From positions 1 through 50,205 of the IMG/VR virus record IMGVR_UViG_3300005805_000125: DNA of 50,205 nt. One strand, given 5' to 3'. This document shows, piece by piece, positions 46,079 through 50,205 of this stretch. The notes beneath the pieces are model-generated. The model was not told the origin of the DNA, did no database searches, and worked only from the letters and a program-made list of their open reading frames with translations. The stretch is from a virus (lineage: Duplodnaviria > Caudoviricetes). A program made the translations under genes and the position numbers. Each line of letters opens with the position of its first letter. Position 1 is the stretch's first letter.

Positions 46079-46515
46079 TATTTTATAATACTACGCATCA
46101 TCCATGCATTTTTTTGGTGAGCTCCTAAAAGCTCTTGTAAAAAATTAGATACTGCTGGTTCACCAGCTTGTTCAGCTGCAGCTATGCCTGCTCGTAAATG
46201 AATAATAAACCGATCATTATCTTGTTTGAGTTGTGATATCATCATTAATGCGGACGGAACAACATCAACAGCTTCTTCAATATCTGCCAATTCTAGAAAT
46301 CTTTGCATGGATCCTGGAGCATACGAATCTAGATAACGAATATGTTCTGCGATTAGATCAACTTGATCAAAAACTTGAGTATAAAAATTCTTTAGAAAAT
46401 CGTGATACTGAGGAAAATTTGAACTTTCAATATTCCAATGGTAGTTGTGGCTCTTCAAATACAAAGCAAAGTTTGTACCTAAAATAACTTTAAGTTGTTG
46501 AATGAGTTGTTCCAT
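46078..46515 (-). CDS. dps: Dps family ferritin-like protein
   Basis: YLKSHNYHWN, FPQYH, DLIAEHIR ferroxidase signature, HQKNAWMMRS. Confidence 0.9.
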   Translation of the reverse strand: MEQLIQQLKVILGTNFALYLKSHNYHWNIESSNFPQYHDFLKNFYTQVFDQVDLIAEHIRYLDSYAPGSMQRFLELADIEEAVDVVPSALMMISQLKQDNDRFIIHLRAGIAAAEQAGEPAVSNFLQELLGAHQKNAWMMRSIIK

Positions 46516-46517
46516 AA

Positions 46518-46919
46518 TTATTTGTTCTCTCTTATTTGTTTTAATAATTCTGCCGTTGATCCCACAAATACAGCTTTTTCCACATTTATGGACTGTTTAA
46601 TATCTTGTGGTTTTAACTCTTGTTTTTTCTTTTGTATGTCCAATAAATCTTTATTTAAATCTGAAAGTGTTTTAATGAAATTACCCAACACTTCATAGGC
46701 TCTTGGGTGCTCAGATTCTTGTGCTACTAGCATCAAGTTATCTATCGCTGTTTCACCTTTACCTAAAAGAGATTTAATATTTTTTCTAGCTAACGCAGAA
46801 TCAGCATCAACTTCATCAGACAAAACAACATCTGTTTTTTTTGGTAACTCTACTATTTCAGTATGTTTAATAGGTTCAACATCAAAAATTTCAGATAGAT
46901 TATTGTTTAATTTATTCAT
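46518..46919 (-). CDS. gp16: Terminase small subunit (T4 gp16)
   Basis: ESEHPRAYEV, VFVGSTAELLK; likely start MNKLN at 46919. Confidence 0.9.
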   Translation of the reverse strand: MNKLNNNLSEIFDVEPIKHTEIVELPKKTDVVLSDEVDADSALARKNIKSLLGKGETAIDNLMLVAQESEHPRAYEVLGNFIKTLSDLNKDLLDIQKKKQELKPQDIKQSINVEKAVFVGSTAELLKQIRENK

Positions 46920-47911
46920 AATGTATTTGGCCATTCAGTAAATAACTCATCAAATCCATAAGCACTATTTGCATTAGCTGTAATTGGATCAGGTGTTGTT
47001 ACGATCATAAAAGCTTTAACTGGATTTTTATCAAGTGTTGAAATTGTATATGAAGCATTTGAATACATGCCAACAATTTTATCATTTGCAGCAAGGTTTT
47101 TATTTAACGCACCAACAACCAATGTTCCAGATGCATTATTACTGAAGTATATAACTTCACCTTTTACACCTCTTGAAACAACCTCAATATCTTCGCCCGT
47201 AGTATATACTCCGGTTCCCGTTGCATAATTTACATAAACTTTTTGTGCATCAAGATTTCTAGCATCAGTATATATGTTTGTGTTAGCTTGGCGAATGACA
47301 CTACTTACTTTAACTGGAGGCCAAATATAAGCTTTAACTGTAAAAGTTAAATCCCACATGACCAATCTTGTTGTTGAAAAATCGCCTTCATAATCTGTTG
47401 ATGGAGAAACAGATGTTAAAATGATAGGCACATCATAGACCTGATCCATTTTATTAATAAAATCTATTGTAACAGTAAAATCTGGCGTAAAAAATGGTAA
47501 AATTTGTTCTAGTATTTGTGTCCCATCTTCTGTATTTCTAACATAAATTGATAAAGTGAAATCAAAATTATAAGGAATTGGTGCATACTGACTGTTAAAT
47601 TTTGTTGCATTGTTAGCTGCAAAATTCTGTAGAGTTGACATTTGTTTGCGGCTAGAATCATATTCCATACCAACCAAATCAAAACTCATTCTTGGAACAA
47701 TGGTTGCGATTGATTTTGTTAAATTTGGGTCAGAAGTAATTCGTGCAAGATATTTTTCTTTTGCACCATAAGAAAGTGGTACTTTTGTAACTTCTTTTGC
47801 CGTCTGACCATCTTTGGTGTAACGAACCAATTGTATATCATTAAACATGGTGCCAAATGCAACCACGATTTTACGGATTGTTCTATTATAAAAATGACTA
47901 TTGCCAAGCAT
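46916..47911 (-). CDS. gp15: Tail sheath stabilizer/completion protein (T4 gp15)
   Basis: FYNRTIRKIVVAFGTMFNDI, KVPLSYG, PRMSF, QILEQILPFFTP. Confidence 0.93.
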   Translation of the reverse strand: MLGNSHFYNRTIRKIVVAFGTMFNDIQLVRYTKDGQTAKEVTKVPLSYGAKEKYLARITSDPNLTKSIATIVPRMSFDLVGMEYDSSRKQMSTLQNFAANNATKFNSQYAPIPYNFDFTLSIYVRNTEDGTQILEQILPFFTPDFTVTIDFINKMDQVYDVPIILTSVSPSTDYEGDFSTTRLVMWDLTFTVKAYIWPPVKVSSVIRQANTNIYTDARNLDAQKVYVNYATGTGVYTTGEDIEVVSRGVKGEVIYFSNNASGTLVVGALNKNLAANDKIVGMYSNASYTISTLDKNPVKAFMIVTTPDPITANANSAYGFDELFTEWPNTL

Positions 47912-48798
47912 TAAGCTTCTCCAAAAGGATTATGCTCGGTAAAATCAAGTATAGAATCCGATTCTGTTTCAATACGATTATTATCTACAATATCCTCAAA
48001 TGCATTATCCATCGTTGCTGTATCAGAAACAGTATTAATGATCCAATTTGCATTACCAGTATTACCACGAACATTACCAGAATTAAATGTACCTATCACT
48101 CTTATAACATCAAGAGAAACACCTGTGTTATATGTATAAACTATTGCCTGTGCAGTAGCGTTGGCTAAACTTGATCCTTGATATACAATTTCATTTGCGA
48201 CAAAAGCACCTGTGCCTCCAGCATTTAATGAAATAGTATTTCTTGGATATAAATCAAATATTTGGTTATCAATTTCCGATATACCAGTTTGAATAACCTC
48301 ACTTGAAAACACAAACTGTTTAAGTTTTAATGCGTAAACATAAACATTACCACCACGACCACGGCCAAGTGTATAAAACATGGCTTGGTTATTTTCATGT
48401 TCTACAAAAGTTATTTCAAAGAAGTTACGAAACAATGGAATGTAAATCAAGTCTCCCTCAAGTGGTCTAAGCTGATTTACAGTAAAGCCAAATCTGCGGC
48501 GAGAAACGAGTAAGGTTACTTCATCTCGGATTTCAAGTCCAAATTTGGACATAAAATCACCTTCACCTTCCATGCCAGTAACATTTTCCAAATACATCTC
48601 TAGTGGATATGCAGTTGTATATGTTTTTAATGTATCTTCACCATACAACAGATCAACAGAATCTCTACTGGATCTTGGCATGTAATAAACATCCATGCCG
48701 TTTATTCCAAGAGATTCTATAACCAAGTCCTCAACAAGAAGTTGCTCGCTGGTAACTTGATTAGCTGGAAAATTCTGGAAATATAGGTTGGTTGCCAT
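47911..48798 (-). CDS. gp14: Neck protein (T4 gp14)
   Basis: EQLLVEDLVIES, YYMPR, SKFGLEIRDE, EGDLIYIP, DFTEHNPFG. Confidence 0.93.
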   Translation of the reverse strand: MATNLYFQNFPANQVTSEQLLVEDLVIESLGINGMDVYYMPRSSRDSVDLLYGEDTLKTYTTAYPLEMYLENVTGMEGEGDFMSKFGLEIRDEVTLLVSRRRFGFTVNQLRPLEGDLIYIPLFRNFFEITFVEHENNQAMFYTLGRGRGGNVYVYALKLKQFVFSSEVIQTGISEIDNQIFDLYPRNTISLNAGGTGAFVANEIVYQGSSLANATAQAIVYTYNTGVSLDVIRVIGTFNSGNVRGNTGNANWIINTVSDTATMDNAFEDIVDNNRIETESDSILDFTEHNPFGEA

Positions 48799-48803
48799 CA
48801 GTT

Positions 48804-49760
48804 TTAACCAAGCATAATTTCGTTCGGCAAAACATTTATGATTTGCATTTCTTCTTCTAACTTGGCAATTTCTTCCACAGCTTCATCATAAATTTCTTTA
48901 CCGTTTAATGTCACACCACCTGGCAATTGCACACCTGCAAACTTTTTAAGGTTATTACCCCATTGCATTTTGATTAATGCTGTAGAATATTTCTTTAAAA
49001 ATCTATCACCCCAAACATCAGAGTTGCCAGAAATTGTTCCAGTTACATTAGCTGCGGTATTAACCATTGGCCCACGAACTGTTAACGATGTTGGTGATAG
49101 TATTTTATCCACTTGGAAATTATCAACACCATTAAATGTAATAAAATCATTTTCTAAAAATTGTTGATCAAATGTTGTGCCAAAACCTAATACAGAATTA
49201 CTGCCTGATGTATATGACATTGTGCCTGAGAGAGTAACCACATCAGGATTTAATGATCTATAGCATTCTACAACCACATACTCACCTGGCTGAACATCTC
49301 TTGTCCAATCAATATCTAAAAAAACTTTATTTTGTTTACGATTAAATCTGAATTGTGGGGTGCCAGAGAACAATAACTCAAGCGTTCTTATATGTTGCAT
49401 GGTGATTTCATATGACACATAAGAAACAGATGTGAAGTCATACAAATCATGCAGGCGTAATTGATAACGCAAGTCAAACATATTGATTGATGCGTTAGAG
49501 TTATTAAATGGAAATACACCTGTCACAAATGTTACCGCATCTGGACAATAAATCCAGCGGCGATTAATATCTGCGACTGTCAATTGGTGCTTCATATACA
49601 TCTTCTCTGTACCATCAAAATGGTAGTCTTGAAAGTATGATAGAGCATCGTCTATACGGTCTTCCACTTGGTCATCATCCACATTAATTTCAATAACGGG
49701 GAAACCAAGTTTTCTTAGACAGTAAGTTTTGAATTGAGCACGAGTTGAAGGAGTAGCCAT
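48804..49760 (-). CDS. gp13: Neck protein (T4 gp13)
   Basis: YCLRKLGFPVIEINV, YHFDG, QWGNNLKKF, LPGGVTLNG. Confidence 0.93.
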   Translation of the reverse strand: MATPSTRAQFKTYCLRKLGFPVIEINVDDDQVEDRIDDALSYFQDYHFDGTEKMYMKHQLTVADINRRWIYCPDAVTFVTGVFPFNNSNASINMFDLRYQLRLHDLYDFTSVSYVSYEITMQHIRTLELLFSGTPQFRFNRKQNKVFLDIDWTRDVQPGEYVVVECYRSLNPDVVTLSGTMSYTSGSNSVLGFGTTFDQQFLENDFITFNGVDNFQVDKILSPTSLTVRGPMVNTAANVTGTISGNSDVWGDRFLKKYSTALIKMQWGNNLKKFAGVQLPGGVTLNGKEIYDEAVEEIAKLEEEMQIINVLPNEIMLG

Positions 49761-49763
49761 TTT

Positions 49764-50205
49764 TTATCCTAAGGCAATAGATAGTGCTAATATGTCAGCA
49801 ACAGTAGCGGCTGAGTTAGCAGCGATAAAAGCGCCATTAGCTGTGTTCAATGCAACCGTGATACTATTATTCTGAGTTGTATCGGTTGCTGTAGCAGCAT
49901 TAGCAGCTATGAAGGCACCGTTTGCATATACACCAGCTGAAGTAGCATTTACGGCCGCTGTATTAGCTGCAGCAAAAGCGCCGTTAGCGTAAGTACCAGC
50001 TGAAGTAGCATTTACGGCCGCTGTATTAGCTGCAGCAAAAGCACCGTTAGCATATACACCAGCACTAGTTGCTTTGTTATCAGCAGTATTAGCCGCAGCA
50101 AAGGCGCCGTTAGCATAGATTGCTGCTGAGTTGGCCACATGACTAGGAGTATTAGCAGCTGTAAATGCTGCTGTAATGGAGTTGTTCTGAGTTGTATCGG
50201 TTGCA
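49764..50205 (-). CDS. C-terminal part of an Ala/Asn-rich coiled-coil fibre/whisker-like protein (5' end outside the window)
   Basis: Frame stays open from 50204 (ATDTTQNNSITAAFTAANTPSHVAN...); repeats of YANGAFxAAN; ends DILALSIALG; lies upstream of gp13. Confidence 0.7.
   Translation of the reverse strand, partial: ATDTTQNNSITAAFTAANTPSHVANSAAIYANGAFAAANTADNKATSAGVYANGAFAAANTAAVNATSAGTYANGAFAAANTAAVNATSAGVYANGAFIAANAATATDTTQNNSITVALNTANGAFIAANSAATVADILALSIALG
49910..50125 (-). repeat. 63-bp (21-aa) coding tandem repeat
   Basis: accagctgaagtagcatttacggccgctgtattagctgcagcaaaagc starts identically at 49932 and 49995, with degenerate flanking copies. Confidence 0.85.

Noticed and set aside
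333-49167. All plus-strand ORFs and short nested minus-strand ORFs in the track (e.g. 1126..1518, 37292..37723, 22758..23114)
   Set aside because: They lie within or antisense to well-supported minus-strand genes, show no recognisable motifs, and look like codon-bias shadows.
49910-50125. CRISPR-like array
   Set aside because: Repeats are in-frame, codon-degenerate coding repeats without unique spacers, and no cas genes are present.

Overview
This window is part of an AT-rich T4-like (myovirus) phage genome, with essentially all real genes on the minus strand. Read in the direction of transcription (50205 to 1), it carries a partial coiled-coil fibre gene, the neck/tail/head block (gp13-14-15-16-[Dps]-17-18-19-20-67-68-21-22-23-3), uvsY-uvsW, and a five-gene nucleotide-sugar cassette (B12 radical SAM, ThDP enzyme, GHMP sugar kinase, His-type DegT-family dehydratase, SDR) fused to the front of gp55-47-46. 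These are followed by peptide deformylase, a DUF4338/DruA-like gene, a 66-nt tRNA-Gly-like RNA, cobT/cobS-like genes, and the replication block (dNMP kinase, gp45-44-62, regA, dCMP deaminase, gp43, uvsX, gp41) with a second DUF4338-like paralog. The layout (no gp24 after gp23; cobS and peptide deformylase present) resembles aquatic T4-like phages rather than coliphage T4. Sigma70-type early promoters and (T/G)ATAAATA/ACTAAATA late promoters are visible. The best candidate for an undescribed system is the aberrant tRNA-Gly-like RNA (perfect acceptor stem, U73-CCA, vestigial D arm, bulged T stem) 59 nt downstream of the GNAT-like DUF4338 gene, which suggests a dedicated glycyl donor for a tRNA-dependent modification. 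The second is the branched/dideoxy-sugar pathway. All family calls come from motif recognition and synteny; no searches were run.
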